A stretch of 61,115 nt of DNA, filler included. It is 4 parts of 4 records of this genome, joined end to end, with 100 filler letters (N's around TTAATTAATTAA, not from the genome) between each part and the next. Parts side by side here need not be neighbours in the genome. Positions count along the whole stretch, not along the records: positions 1 to 16,411 come from DRR723986_5800; positions 16,512 to 30,841 come from DRR723986_5802; 2 more parts are not named here. The stretch is one strand, 5' to 3'. This document shows, one piece after another, positions 10,407 through 21,432 of the stretch (positions are counted from its first letter, which is position 1; each line of letters starts with the position of its first letter). Both the position numbers and the translations under genes were made by a program. The notes under the pieces were generated by a model that was given only the letters and a program-made list of their open reading frames with translations, ran no database searches and was not told where the DNA came from.

Positions 10407-10409
10407 GCG

Positions 10410-12455
10410 ATGACCCTGCGCCGGCAACTCCTGCTGGTAAGCCTGCTGCTGCTCGCCCTGCCCTGGGCAGGCTGCCAGTTCATCCGGGAAATGGAAGGGG
10501 CGCTGCGCCAGGGCCAGGCAGATGCAATGGCTGCCACCGCCGCCGCACTGGGCTCGGCCCTGCGTGACCGGCCGGAGCTGCTGTATCCGGATCCGTCGCG
10601 GGCCAGGGAATTGCCCGGTGAGGATGGCGGAATCTATGCCTGGCCTGCCGAAGCAACGGTGATCGTTGATGGCTATGCCGAGGGCTGGGATACAGACCAG
10701 GCCAGGCGGCTGGCGGATGCAACCGGCTTCAGTGTGAGCTACCAGGCTGTGACCCGCGGCGATCGACTCTACCTCCTGTTCCAGGTCAGGGACGAGCGGA
10801 TCGAGTATCACAACCCGGGCCTGTCCAGGGAACCCAATGGAGACCGCCTGCACCTGGCCACCTGGCGCGATGGCCGGCGCCAGGACTATGTTATCGCGAG
10901 CTCGGCGCCCGGCCAGGTGCGGGGCCGCTATGCGAGTCGCATCCTGCCCGGCACCGATCCCAACCGGATCAAGGGCGTGTGGCAGGACACCACAGAGGGC
11001 TATACGCTCGAGCTAGAAATGCCCCTAGCCATGATCGGAGAACGGTTGGGCTTCTACGTGATCAATGTCGGTGCGGGCAACGGCGCTCTTGCCACCCTTG
11101 GCAATATCGACGCCCTCCGGACTCAGGCACCACCCTGGCTGATTCACCACCCCCCTGCCCTGGCCGCCTGGCTCGCTCCGCAGGACATGGAAGGCCGCAG
11201 GATCATGGTAGTCGACAAGGGCGGCTGGCTCATCGGCAGTACCGGTCAACACACCGCAACCGGACCATCACCCGACACCTTCTGGTTGCTGCGCACCCTG
11301 TACCGCTGGATTCTGGGTGCCGAGGACCTGCAGCCGCTGCCTACCCAATCCAACCGCGGGCTCCTGGCCTCGCCACTGGTGGACAGCGCCTTGCAGGGAT
11401 ACCCGGCTCAGGACTGGTACCGGGACGCACAAAGTGCCGAGCGTGCGGTGCTCAGCGCTAGCGCCAGCATCCTCGATCGCGGCTCACCAATGGGCGTGTT
11501 GGTGGTGCGCCAGGACAGCGACCAGTACCTGTCGCTGACTGATGCGGCGTTCGGCAGATTACTCGGTTACAGCTTCGCTGCCATGGGTCTCGCGGCGCTC
11601 GCGCTGCTCGGCTACGCAACCGTACTGGGCTGGCGAATTCGCAGACTCAGCAAGGCTGCGGCGGCGGTGACCCGCGAGGACGGCAGTATCGCCGCCGGTT
11701 TCCCGCGCAGCGCGGCCCGGGACGAGATTGGCGACCTGTCACGGCGCTTTGCCGACCTGCTGGCCCGCATCCGCGAGTACAACGAGTACCTGAGCTCACT
11801 GAGTCGCAAGCTCAACCACGAATTGCGCACGCCGATCGCGGTGATCCAGTCCTCGCTGGACAATCTCGCCGAACCCGGCACCAGCCAGCAGGAACGTGAC
11901 ACCTACCTGGCCAGGGCACGGGTTGGCCTGGGCCGCCTTGCCCGGATACTCACGGCGATGGGCGAGGCGTCCGGACTGGAGCAGAGCATCCGGGAGTCAA
12001 CACTGGACGCACTGAACCTGGCACCGCTGCTTGAGGAACTCACCGGGGCCTATGAGCAGGCCTATCCCGGGCATCGTTTCGCCCTCGACTGCCCGGTACA
12101 AGCCCCGGTGCGCGGTAATCCCGACCTGCTGGTACAGGCCCTGGACAAGCTGGTCGACAATGCCTGCTCCCACGCACCAGAGGCATCCTGCATTATCATC
12201 AGCATGACCAGACAGCACGACGCATGGCGACTGTCGGTGGCAAACAGCGGGTCGCGGTTACCGGAGCAGATGACGAGCCAGCTGTTCGAACCCATGGTGT
12301 CCCTGCGGGGCGAGCAAGCGAGTGACAGCGTACACCTGGGCCTGGGTCTGCACATCGTGCGCCTTATCGCCCAGCACCACAGTGGTCGGGTTGCGGCAGA
12401 AAACCTTGCCGACGGGACCGGGGTCAGATTCAGTCTCTATCTTCCGTTGGCCTGA
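10410..12455 (+). CDS. pdsS: Proteobacterial dedicated sortase system sensor histidine kinase
   Basis: Two TMs flanking a large periplasmic region, HAMP (RDEIGDLS), H-box HELRTP, DKLVDNA, HLGLGL. Confidence 0.88.
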   Translation: MTLRRQLLLVSLLLLALPWAGCQFIREMEGALRQGQADAMAATAAALGSALRDRPELLYPDPSRARELPGEDGGIYAWPAEATVIVDGYAEGWDTDQARRLADATGFSVSYQAVTRGDRLYLLFQVRDERIEYHNPGLSREPNGDRLHLATWRDGRRQDYVIASSAPGQVRGRYASRILPGTDPNRIKGVWQDTTEGYTLELEMPLAMIGERLGFYVINVGAGNGALATLGNIDALRTQAPPWLIHHPPALAAWLAPQDMEGRRIMVVDKGGWLIGSTGQHTATGPSPDTFWLLRTLYRWILGAEDLQPLPTQSNRGLLASPLVDSALQGYPAQDWYRDAQSAERAVLSASASILDRGSPMGVLVVRQDSDQYLSLTDAAFGRLLGYSFAAMGLAALALLGYATVLGWRIRRLSKAAAAVTREDGSIAAGFPRSAARDEIGDLSRRFADLLARIREYNEYLSSLSRKLNHELRTPIAVIQSSLDNLAEPGTSQQERDTYLARARVGLGRLARILTAMGEASGLEQSIRESTLDALNLAPLLEELTGAYEQAYPGHRFALDCPVQAPVRGNPDLLVQALDKLVDNACSHAPEASCIIISMTRQHDAWRLSVANSGSRLPEQMTSQLFEPMVSLRGEQASDSVHLGLGLHIVRLIAQHHSGRVAAENLADGTGVRFSLYLPLA

Positions 12456-12509
12456 ACGCACCGGGATAAGCGGCGCACGCATGGCGGGCGAAACACTGCA
12501 ACAGGCCAT

Positions 12510-12536
12510 AAAAAAAGGCCTCCGAAGAGGCCTTTT
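12510..12536. terminator. Bidirectional intrinsic terminator
   Basis: AAAAAAA-GGCCTC-CGAA-GAGGCC-TTTT between convergent pdsS and sulfatase. Confidence 0.9.
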
Positions 12537-12552
12537 CTAACCAGGAGAGGGC

Positions 12553-14100
<1,548 letters not shown>

Positions 14101-14192
14101 AAGCACACCATTCAAGTTACGCGAAAACACGTTGTTACCGAAGCAGAGTCTAGTGCATTCATGGCGGCTGTGCCATGACGGGAAGATGTCAC

Positions 14193-16211
14193 TCAGCCAA
14201 GAAATGCCTGCTGCTTGACTTCTGCCAACTGATCGCGCAGGGCGGCGGCCTCCTCGAACTCGAGGTTCTTGGCGTGCTGCTGCATCTGGCCCTCCATCTC
14301 CCGCAGCTTGCGAGCAAGGGCCTCCGGGGAAAGGCGAGCGAGTTCAGCCCCGTAATTGGCCCGCTCCTCTGCCACCTTGCGCCCCTTCGCCTTGGCCCGA
14401 GTCGGCATCCGCCGGGCACCTTCCATGATGTCCTGCACGGACTTGACCACCCCGCGCGGCGTGATCCCGTGCTCCAGGTTATGGGCGACCTGCTTCTCGC
14501 GCCGCCGTGCGGTCTCCGCCATGGCACGCTCCATGGAACCGGTGATCTTGTCGGCATACAGGATCGCCCTGCCATTGAGATTCCGCGCCGCACGCCCGAT
14601 CGTCTGGATCAGGGAGCGGTCGGAGCGCAGGAACCCTTCCTTGTCTGCATCCAGGATGGCGACCAGGGCGACCTCCGGCATATCCAGGCCCTCTCGCAGC
14701 AGGTTGATGCCCACCAGCACGTCGAATTTGCCCAGCCGCAGGTCGCGGATGATTTCGACCCGCTCCACCGTATCAATGTCCGAGTGCAGATAGCGCACTT
14801 TTACCCCGTGCTCGCTGAGGTACTCGGTCAAATCCTCCGCCATGCGCTTGGTCAGGGTGGTCACCAGCACGCGGTCACCCGCCGCCACCACCTCGCCAAT
14901 TTCCGCCAACAGGTCATCGACCTGGGAAAGGGCCGGCCGCACCTCGAGCTCCGGATCTACCAGGCCGGTGGGGCGCACGACTTGCTCCACGGTGCGCCCT
15001 GCATGTTCGATTTCATAGGGACCCGGCGTTGCCGAGACAAAGACGGCCTGCCCTACGAGCTGTTCCCATTCCTCGAAACGCAGGGGCCGGTTATCCAGCG
15101 CTGAGGGCAGGCGGAAGCCGTACTCCACCAGGGTCTCCTTGCGCGAACGATCCCCCCGGAACATGGCACCGATTTGCGGAATGCTGGCATGGGATTCGTC
15201 GACAATCACCAGGGCATTCGAGGGCAGGTATTCGAACAGGGTCGGGGGCGGCTCGCCGGGCGCCCTGCCCGACAGGTAGCGGGAGTAGTTTTCGATCCCG
15301 TTGCAGTAACCGAGCTCGCGGATCATCTCGATATCGTAGCGGGTGCGCTGCTGCAGGCGCTGCGCCTCCACCAGTTTGTCATTGTCCTTGAGCTGCTTGA
15401 GGCGGTCTTCCAGCTCCTCCTCGATATGGTCCAGCGCACCGAGCATGATGTCCCGCGAGGTGACGTAGTGCGACTTGGGGAAAATCGTCGCCCGCGGGAC
15501 CTTGTTCTCGATAGCGCCAGTAAGCGGATCAAACAGGCAGATGCTGTCGATCTCCTCGTCGAACAACTCCACCCGTATCGCCTCCCGTTCCGAGTCCGCC
15601 GGGAAGATATCAATCACATCCCCCCGGACCCGGTAGGTACCGCGCTGGAAATCGACATCATTGCGGGTGTATTGCAGCTCCGCCAGCTGCCGCAGGACCT
15701 GGCGCTGGTCGATGATTTCGCCGCGCGACAGGTGCATGACCATCTTGAAATAGGACTCGGGGTCGCCCAGACCGTAGATCGCCGACACGGTTGCTACCAC
15801 CAGGCAGTCCTCGCGCTCCAGCAGGGCCTTCGTCGCCGACAAGCGCATCTGTTCGATGTGCTCATTTATCGAGGCGTCTTTCTCGATAAAGGTGTCCGAC
15901 GAGGGAACATACGCTTCGGGCTGGTAATAGTCATAATAAGAAACGAAGTATTCTACTGCATTATTCGGGAAGAACTCCCGGAATTCACCGTAGAGCTGGG
16001 CAGCGAGGGTCTTGTTATGGGCCATGACAATCGTCGGCCGCTGTAACTGCTCAACGACCTTGGCCATGGTGTAGGTCTTGCCGGAACCGGTCACCCCCAG
16101 CAGGATCTGCGACGCGAGACCCGCACGTACGCCTTCTACCAGCTGGCGAATCGCCTCGGGCTGGTCGCCGGCAGGCTGGAAGCTTGAGTTGACTTCAAAA
16201 GCTCGGGACAA
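14193..16211 (-). CDS. uvrB: Excinuclease ABC subunit B
   Basis: [42 protein letters not shown]-terminal [12 protein letters not shown]. Confidence 0.99.
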   Translation of the reverse strand: MSRAFEVNSSFQPAGDQPEAIRQLVEGVRAGLASQILLGVTGSGKTYTMAKVVEQLQRPTIVMAHNKTLAAQLYGEFREFFPNNAVEYFVSYYDYYQPEAYVPSSDTFIEKDASINEHIEQMRLSATKALLEREDCLVVATVSAIYGLGDPESYFKMVMHLSRGEIIDQRQVLRQLAELQYTRNDVDFQRGTYRVRGDVIDIFPADSEREAIRVELFDEEIDSICLFDPLTGAIENKVPRATIFPKSHYVTSRDIMLGALDHIEEELEDRLKQLKDNDKLVEAQRLQQRTRYDIEMIRELGYCNGIENYSRYLSGRAPGEPPPTLFEYLPSNALVIVDESHASIPQIGAMFRGDRSRKETLVEYGFRLPSALDNRPLRFEEWEQLVGQAVFVSATPGPYEIEHAGRTVEQVVRPTGLVDPELEVRPALSQVDDLLAEIGEVVAAGDRVLVTTLTKRMAEDLTEYLSEHGVKVRYLHSDIDTVERVEIIRDLRLGKFDVLVGINLLREGLDMPEVALVAILDADKEGFLRSDRSLIQTIGRAARNLNGRAILYADKITGSMERAMAETARRREKQVAHNLEHGITPRGVVKSVQDIMEGARRMPTRAKAKGRKVAEERANYGAELARLSPEALARKLREMEGQMQQHAKNLEFEEAAALRDQLAEVKQQAFLG

Positions 16212-16329
16212 GGGATTTCCTGGGCGGCTAAGGCTGCTAAAAATAGCCGTTAATTATCATCTACATAGGATCGAATTGCAGCCTGATTCACCCGCCCGTC
16301 CCGATTCTGTATTATTCCCTTTCCGGCGG

Positions 16330-16366
16330 TTGACCAGAGAGCGGACCGCCATTAATATACGCGCCC
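16330..16366 (+). promoter_or_regulatory. Sigma70 promoter of tRNA gene with GC-rich discriminator
   Basis: TTGACC-N17-TAATAT followed by ACGCGCCC, about 24 bp upstream of the tRNA. Confidence 0.8.
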
Positions 16367-16381
16367 TCTGGTTGATGCCAG

Positions 16382-16411
16382 TCCGCCTTAGCTCAGTTGG
16401 TAGAGCAAATG
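16382..16411 (+). tRNA. tRNA 5' fragment, probably tRNA-Asn (cut by contig end before anticodon)
   Basis: TCCGCCTTAGCTCAGTTGGTAGAGCAAATG: acceptor 5' strand and D-arm; identity inferred from similarity to gammaproteobacterial tRNA-Asn and uvrB adjacency. Confidence 0.75.
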
Positions 16412-16511
16412 NNNNNNNNNNNNNNNNNNNNNNNNNNNNNNNNNNNNNNNNNNNNTTAATTAATTAANNNNNNNNNNNNNNNNNNNNNNNNNNNNNNNNN
16501 NNNNNNNNNNN
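16412..16511. other. Artificial contig spacer
   Basis: N run + TTAATTAATTAA (stops in six frames) + N run. Confidence 0.99.
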
Positions 16512-17151
16512 CATAGAGCTGTTTCGCTTCTTCCAAGGTGTCAAACATATAGAGTTTGCCGCCCAGCAGGACGGCCGCCGAACGGGCAAATTTTTCCAAG
16601 GTCTGCGCCTGATGCGAGACGATGATGATCGTGGTTGTGCGCAGGCGTTCCTGCAGGATTTCGCCCGCTTTGCGGTTGAACTCCATATCCGTGGTTGACG
16701 GCATGCCTTCGTCGATCAGGTAGATGTCAAAATCCAGCGCCAGCATCAGCGAAAATGTGAACCGCGACCGCATGCCAGAGGAATAGGTGCCCAGCGGTTG
16801 GTCAAAATATTCGCCCAACCCACAAAGCCAACGGCAAAAGCTTTCGACATAATCGGGGTCCAGACCATAGAGCCGGGCGATGTATCGGGCATTTTCCATG
16901 GCCGAAACCTTGCCTACAACGCCGCCCATGAATCCCAGCGGAAAGGAGATGTTGCACCCGCGCCGGATTTCGCCCTCATCGGGTTTCTCAAGGCCGGCCA
17001 TCATATTGATAAGTGTGGATTTACCGGTGCCGTTGGGGGCCAGAATGCCCAGAGAATTACCCAATTCCACGCGAAAAGACACATGGTCAAGAATGACCTT
17101 GTGCTGCGATCCCGTCCAAAAGGACTTGGATACATTCTCAAACTCCAGCAT
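16512..17151 (-). CDS. kpsT: Capsular polysaccharide ABC exporter ATP-binding protein (3' truncated)
   Basis: Walker A APNGTGKST, ISFPLGFMGG, YSSGMRSR signature, YLIDEG, VSH. Confidence 0.85.
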
Positions 17152-17440
17152 GCCCTGCTCCGGTGCTGCCTGTTATTGGGCCTGTCCCCCCTTAGCAGAG
17201 GTGTCTTAAAGGCCGATTTACCGCGTTTTTCTGCACTATGTCCCATTTTCTTGGAAAAGTACAATGATCGGAAGCCTTTGGCGTGCTTTCCCGCGCAATT
17301 GTGGAGGTGCGGCACCAATTCACTGTGGAAAGCGGGTGAAAATATGCCTGACACAGGCCAAAAACCGGATCCGCTGTTTAAAAATCGAGCCCGCCGCAGC
17401 ACTGCCTGAGCAGGCTGCGAGGGGCATGGCCAATCGTGGT

Positions 17441-18466
17441 TCAGGCGACGGCTTGCCAGGCAAGACCCGCGATCATCGCACCGATCAGCGCAAAGCCGAG
17501 ATAGGCCATAAAGACCCGTGGTTTGACCAAGGCCCAGACCGCGATGGCGGCCGGAATGCAACTGACCCCGCCAGCAATAACAAAGGACATCGCCGCGCCT
17601 TGGGTCATGCCCTGGGCCAGAAGGGCGTCCACCAGCGGCACGGCGGCATACCCGTTGAGATAGGCAGGTGCGCCCACCAATGCACCAAGCAGGATCGGCA
17701 TCACCCCCTCACCGCCCAGAACAGAGGCAATCATCTGAGCCGGAATATAGTGCAGCATCAGCGCCTCGATCACATAGGCCAGCGTCAGCCACTTGAAGAG
17801 GAACAGCATATTCTCGCGGGCGGTTTCGGAAAACACCGCGCGGCGGTCCGGCTCGGGCCAGAACTTCCAGACGGTTTGGCCTGAGAACGGTTTTTGCACG
17901 CCGCAGCAGCCGCCAACACTGGGTCGTTCCTTCAACGGATCGGCAAACAGCGGGGTATTCGCGGCCAGCATGACCCCAAATCCGCCCAACATCCCGATGC
18001 CGACAGCAGCGATGGTTTTGGCCAGCGCGAAGTCAAACCCCAAGGTGCCGGAGGTGATCGCGAACATCGCAGGATCCATCAGCGGCGAGGCCAGCCAAAA
18101 CGCCATGACCGCACCCAATGGTGCCCCCACGGCCAGCAACGCGGCGATAAAGGGGATGACCTCGCAGGAACAAAAGGGTGACAACCCGCCCAGCAGGGCC
18201 GCCATCACGATCATCCGCGCGGGGTTGCCCTCGAACGCACGGGCCAGCAGGTTTTCCGCGCCGCTGGCCTTGAGGTAAGCCACTGCAAAGACAGCAAAAA
18301 GGATAAACGGCGCGGTGCCAGCCAGAGCCTTGGCGGCGAAAGTCACGGTGGGTATGAATTGCGGCCAGTCGAGCAGCGCAACCAGCGCCAGCAGCAGGGC
18401 GGTGACCCCCCAGGCGCCAATTTTCAGGCGGCTGATCGGGGATTGGCTTTGGGTTGTGTCAGCCAT
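17441..18466 (-). CDS. ArsP/DUF318-family permease (probable organoarsenical efflux)
   Basis: Start MADTTQ overlaps ArsR stop; SPFCSCEVIP, FWLASPLMDP, central GGCCG, GVSCIPA. Confidence 0.8.
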   Translation of the reverse strand: MADTTQSQSPISRLKIGAWGVTALLLALVALLDWPQFIPTVTFAAKALAGTAPFILFAVFAVAYLKASGAENLLARAFEGNPARMIVMAALLGGLSPFCSCEVIPFIAALLAVGAPLGAVMAFWLASPLMDPAMFAITSGTLGFDFALAKTIAAVGIGMLGGFGVMLAANTPLFADPLKERPSVGGCCGVQKPFSGQTVWKFWPEPDRRAVFSETARENMLFLFKWLTLAYVIEALMLHYIPAQMIASVLGGEGVMPILLGALVGAPAYLNGYAAVPLVDALLAQGMTQGAAMSFVIAGGVSCIPAAIAVWALVKPRVFMAYLGFALIGAMIAGLAWQAVA

Positions 18467-18803
18467 GATTGTGGTCCTCGCATGGGCTGCCCGCATCGGC
18501 GCAGCATTCGGTCAGCAGAAAATGGGACAGCGCCTGCACCTCTTCATAGGCAACCGCGGCGCAGATGGTGCTGCGGCCCTGACGTTCTTGTTTCACAAGA
18601 CCAGCAGCGGCCAACAGTTTGAGGTGATGCGTCAGGGTCGATCCGGTCACGCCGGTGCGATCTCCGAGCAGTCCGATGCTCAGCCCGTCAGGGCCAGCCC
18701 GCACCAATGTGCGCAGGACCATCAGGCGCTGTTCAGAGCCAAGCGCGGCGAAGCTGGCAGCGGCCAGCGTGAGGGGCGGGGTTTGTGGAGAATCAATTTT
18801 CAT
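18459..18803 (-). CDS. arsR: ArsR/SmtB-family repressor with C-terminal Cys-Cys site
   Basis: True gene is the last 114 aa of the 525-aa track ORF: FAALGSEQRL..LRTLVRAGPDGL, STLTHHLK.L..AGLV, FLLTECCADAGSPC. Confidence 0.85.
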   Translation of the reverse strand: MKIDSPQTPPLTLAAASFAALGSEQRLMVLRTLVRAGPDGLSIGLLGDRTGVTGSTLTHHLKLLAAAGLVKQERQGRSTICAAVAYEEVQALSHFLLTECCADAGSPCEDHNHG

Positions 18804-18863
18804 ATTTCTAGAAATATAGAAATGAATGGCTGGCGCAAGCTTTATTTCGAGAATTTTCGAAAT
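18804..18863. promoter_or_regulatory. Two palindromic ArsR-type operators
   Basis: ATTTCTA-N6-TAGAAAT (18804-18823) and ATTTCGA-N6-TCGAAAT (18844-18863) directly upstream of the arsR ATG. Confidence 0.8.
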
Positions 18864-18922
18864 GAATATGCGAGGCCTCTCTTTGAGCTTGGCGCGGCAG
18901 TGGCATCGGCTATCCTGCGCCC

Positions 18923-19510
18923 ATGACAGACATCCGTGATCCCCTGCGCCGTTGTACCCTCTGTGCCGATCGCTTTGCCGCAACGGCGACAGGTCATCAG
19001 CCGCGTCCGGTGGTCTGGTTTGCGCCAAAGGCCCGGATCCTGATCGCTGGGCAGGCACCGGGGCTGCGCGTTCATGAAAGTGGTAAGCCGTTCTGGGATG
19101 CCTCAGGCACCCGTTTGCGCGACTGGATGGGTCTGGACGAAGACACCTTCTATGATCAATCGAAACTGGCCATCCTTCCAATGGCGTTTTGCTTTCCCGG
19201 TTACAACGCCAGTGGCAGCGACCTGCCGCCGCCGCCGATCTGCGCCAAGACGTGGCGGGCAAAGGCATTGAACATGTTGCCGGATATCCGGCTGACATTG
19301 CTGATTGGCGGCTATGCAATGAAATATCATCTGCCGGATCATCAATCGGTGCGCCTATCCGTCGCGGGGTGGCGGGATCATCCAAAAGGCGTCTTTGCCT
19401 TGCCTCACCCGTCCTGGCGCAATACCGGTTGGCTGAAGAAAAATCCGTGGTTCGAGGCAGAAGTGGTGCCGCGACTGCGGGCCGCTGTGACCGAGGTGCT
19501 CCATGACTGA
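18923..19510 (+). CDS. Uracil-DNA glycosylase superfamily protein
   Basis: ILIAGQAPG, FWDASGTRLRDW, PMAFCFPG, LPHPSWRN. Confidence 0.88.
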   Translation: MTDIRDPLRRCTLCADRFAATATGHQPRPVVWFAPKARILIAGQAPGLRVHESGKPFWDASGTRLRDWMGLDEDTFYDQSKLAILPMAFCFPGYNASGSDLPPPPICAKTWRAKALNMLPDIRLTLLIGGYAMKYHLPDHQSVRLSVAGWRDHPKGVFALPHPSWRNTGWLKKNPWFEAEVVPRLRAAVTEVLHD

Positions 19511-20285
19511 TCTGACCCCGCTGGACGAGGCACATGCCGCGATGACCGCCGCGCCCGATGACGACACGGCGCGCCTGCGGTTTTACGAGCGGATCGCAGA
19601 TGTCGAGCTTTTCATGCTGCTTGAGGCAGAGCCAACAGGCGATCAGATCAATCCCGTGTTGCTGGAAGATGCCTATGTCGTGGTGTTCGACCGCGCGGCG
19701 CGTCTGGCGGCCTATGTAGGCGAGGCCGCGCCCTATGTTGCCCTGTCGGGGCGGGCGATTGCCGGAATGCTTGAGGGGCAGCCATTGGGCATGGCGGTGA
19801 ACATCGGTGTGGGACCGTCCGAAATATTGCTGCCTGCGGGAGCGATGGAATGGCTGCGCGACACACTGGCCCATGAGGCCGGTGAGGTGGAGGCCAAGAT
19901 CGAAGCGTTGCTGCCGCCCAAAGGTCTGCCAGAGACCTTGATCGCCGCAATTGACGCCAAATTGGCGACCGCCACGGGCATGGCGGCGGGGGCGTTTCTG
20001 GTGGCGGTGGATTATGCGGACGGCGGGCGCGGTCATTTGCTGGCTTTTGTCGGGGCGATCCCGCGGGCGCAGGATGCGCTGGTGCGGGCCGCCTCTGAGG
20101 CGCTGACGTTTTCAGGGATCGAAGCGGGGGCCATGGATGTGGGCTTTTTCGCGCCAAACGACCCGACGGTGGAAAAACTGGCCAAGGTGGGTCTGCGCTT
20201 TGACCTTCCACAGGGGGAGGGTTTGCAACATACGCCGCGCATGCCGCCGGGCAGTGACCCCTCTAAACCCCCTATTTTGAAATAA
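19503..20285 (+). CDS. SseB family protein
   Basis: RLRFYERIAD.ELFMLL and C-terminal PG.DP.KPPILK typical of Rhodobacterales SseB-like genes downstream of UDG. Confidence 0.7.
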   Translation: MTDLTPLDEAHAAMTAAPDDDTARLRFYERIADVELFMLLEAEPTGDQINPVLLEDAYVVVFDRAARLAAYVGEAAPYVALSGRAIAGMLEGQPLGMAVNIGVGPSEILLPAGAMEWLRDTLAHEAGEVEAKIEALLPPKGLPETLIAAIDAKLATATGMAAGAFLVAVDYADGGRGHLLAFVGAIPRAQDALVRAASEALTFSGIEAGAMDVGFFAPNDPTVEKLAKVGLRFDLPQGEGLQHTPRMPPGSDPSKPPILK

Positions 20286-20413
20286 ACCTCTCTGTTATCC
20301 TGCAGATATTCACCGCCCCGTCACATCGGCGCGAGGTCACGGCTTCGTGGGATGTGAATGCAAAGGCGGGCTCCTAGGTTGGCTTTACCGAAGCCTCATA
20401 AAGGAATTGAAAC

Positions 20414-20938
20414 GTGAACCGCTTTACCCTCTCCATCGCCGCCGCTGCCACAGCCCTGTCCTTTGCATCGCAAGCTTTTGCCGGGGATCAGTATATTGAC
20501 AGCACCGGTTTTGCCGCCTCAGGCTATGATGTGGTTGCCTATTTCGATCTGCCGCAAAACGCAGTGGGCCAAAGCCAGCCTGCGCCCGTTGCCGGCGACA
20601 AGGACATCACCGCTGAATACAACGGGGCCAAGTTTGCCTTCTCCAGCGAGGCCAATAAGACCGCGTTTCTGGCCGATCCCGCCAAATATGCACCGCAATA
20701 CGATGGTCACTGCGCTTACGGCGTGTCCAAAGGCGGCAAGGTTCCGGGCAACCCGACCCTGTGGCGGATCGTGGATGACAAGCTGTACCTGAACATCACC
20801 AAAAACGTTGTTGGTTTCTGGGAAGAAGACATTCCGGGCAACATTGATCTGGCCGAAGGCAACTGGACCAGCATCGAGGCTGCACCAGCCTCTGATCGTG
20901 CCATTCCCAAGTTTACCAGCGCCGCGCCCGTCAACTGA
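20414..20938 (+). CDS. Secreted YHS domain-containing (seleno)protein homologue, Cys form
   Basis: GTG start after AAGGA; signal peptide; GYDVVAYF, F.ADPAKYAPQYDGHCAYG, KLYLN. Confidence 0.85.
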   Translation: MNRFTLSIAAAATALSFASQAFAGDQYIDSTGFAASGYDVVAYFDLPQNAVGQSQPAPVAGDKDITAEYNGAKFAFSSEANKTAFLADPAKYAPQYDGHCAYGVSKGGKVPGNPTLWRIVDDKLYLNITKNVVGFWEEDIPGNIDLAEGNWTSIEAAPASDRAIPKFTSAAPVN

Positions 20939-21432
20939 TGCGCAGACCCCGGCGCGATCCATCGTTTGAACCGGCGCCCCCCAAGCGGTTTCCGCGCCGG
21001 GGGTTCATGCTGGGATCGGTGGCCGGGGTCACGCTGAGCGTTTTTTGGGTCGCAAGGTATTACAATATCGGGGCGGAGGTCGGGGGCGCCGACCTGTCCG
21101 CCCCGGATGCATTGGCGCAGGCCGATGCCGGACAGATCACCCTCATTGATATTCGCCGGCCTGAAGAATGGGCTGCTACGGGCATCGCGCAATCTGCGGT
21201 GCCGATTGACATGCGCCGCGATGATTTTGGCGCGGCCTTGCTTGCGGCTGTGAACGGCGACAGAACGCGGCCTGTGGCGTTGATCTGTGCCCGGGGCGTG
21301 CGCTCTGCCCGTGTGGCCAAGGCGCTGCGCGAGGCCGGGTTCGAACAGGTACTGGATGTGCCAGAGGGCATGGTTGGGTCCGGTGCCGGGCCGGGATGGA
21401 TCAGGCGCGGATTGCCGGTGCGACAACCCTGA
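20938..21432 (+). CDS. Rhodanese-like sulfurtransferase with twin-arginine-like N-terminus
   Basis: TGATG coupling to YHS gene; RRGFML + TM; LIDIRRPEEW, active loop CARGVRS, GW...GLP. Confidence 0.85.
   Translation: MRRPRRDPSFEPAPPKRFPRRGFMLGSVAGVTLSVFWVARYYNIGAEVGGADLSAPDALAQADAGQITLIDIRRPEEWAATGIAQSAVPIDMRRDDFGAALLAAVNGDRTRPVALICARGVRSARVAKALREAGFEQVLDVPEGMVGSGAGPGWIRRGLPVRQP

Noticed and set aside
16456-16467. TTAATTAATTAA palindrome repeated three times (also 30886, 52471)
   Set aside because: Flanked by N runs; synthetic six-frame stop linker, not biological
18804-20036. 525-aa ORF suggesting a large ArsR fusion
   Set aside because: Upstream part is antisense to UDG and SseB genes and crosses the operator; only the last 114 aa are ArsR
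20711-20713. Possible selenocysteine in the YHS protein
   Set aside because: Codon is TGC (Cys); no in-frame TGA
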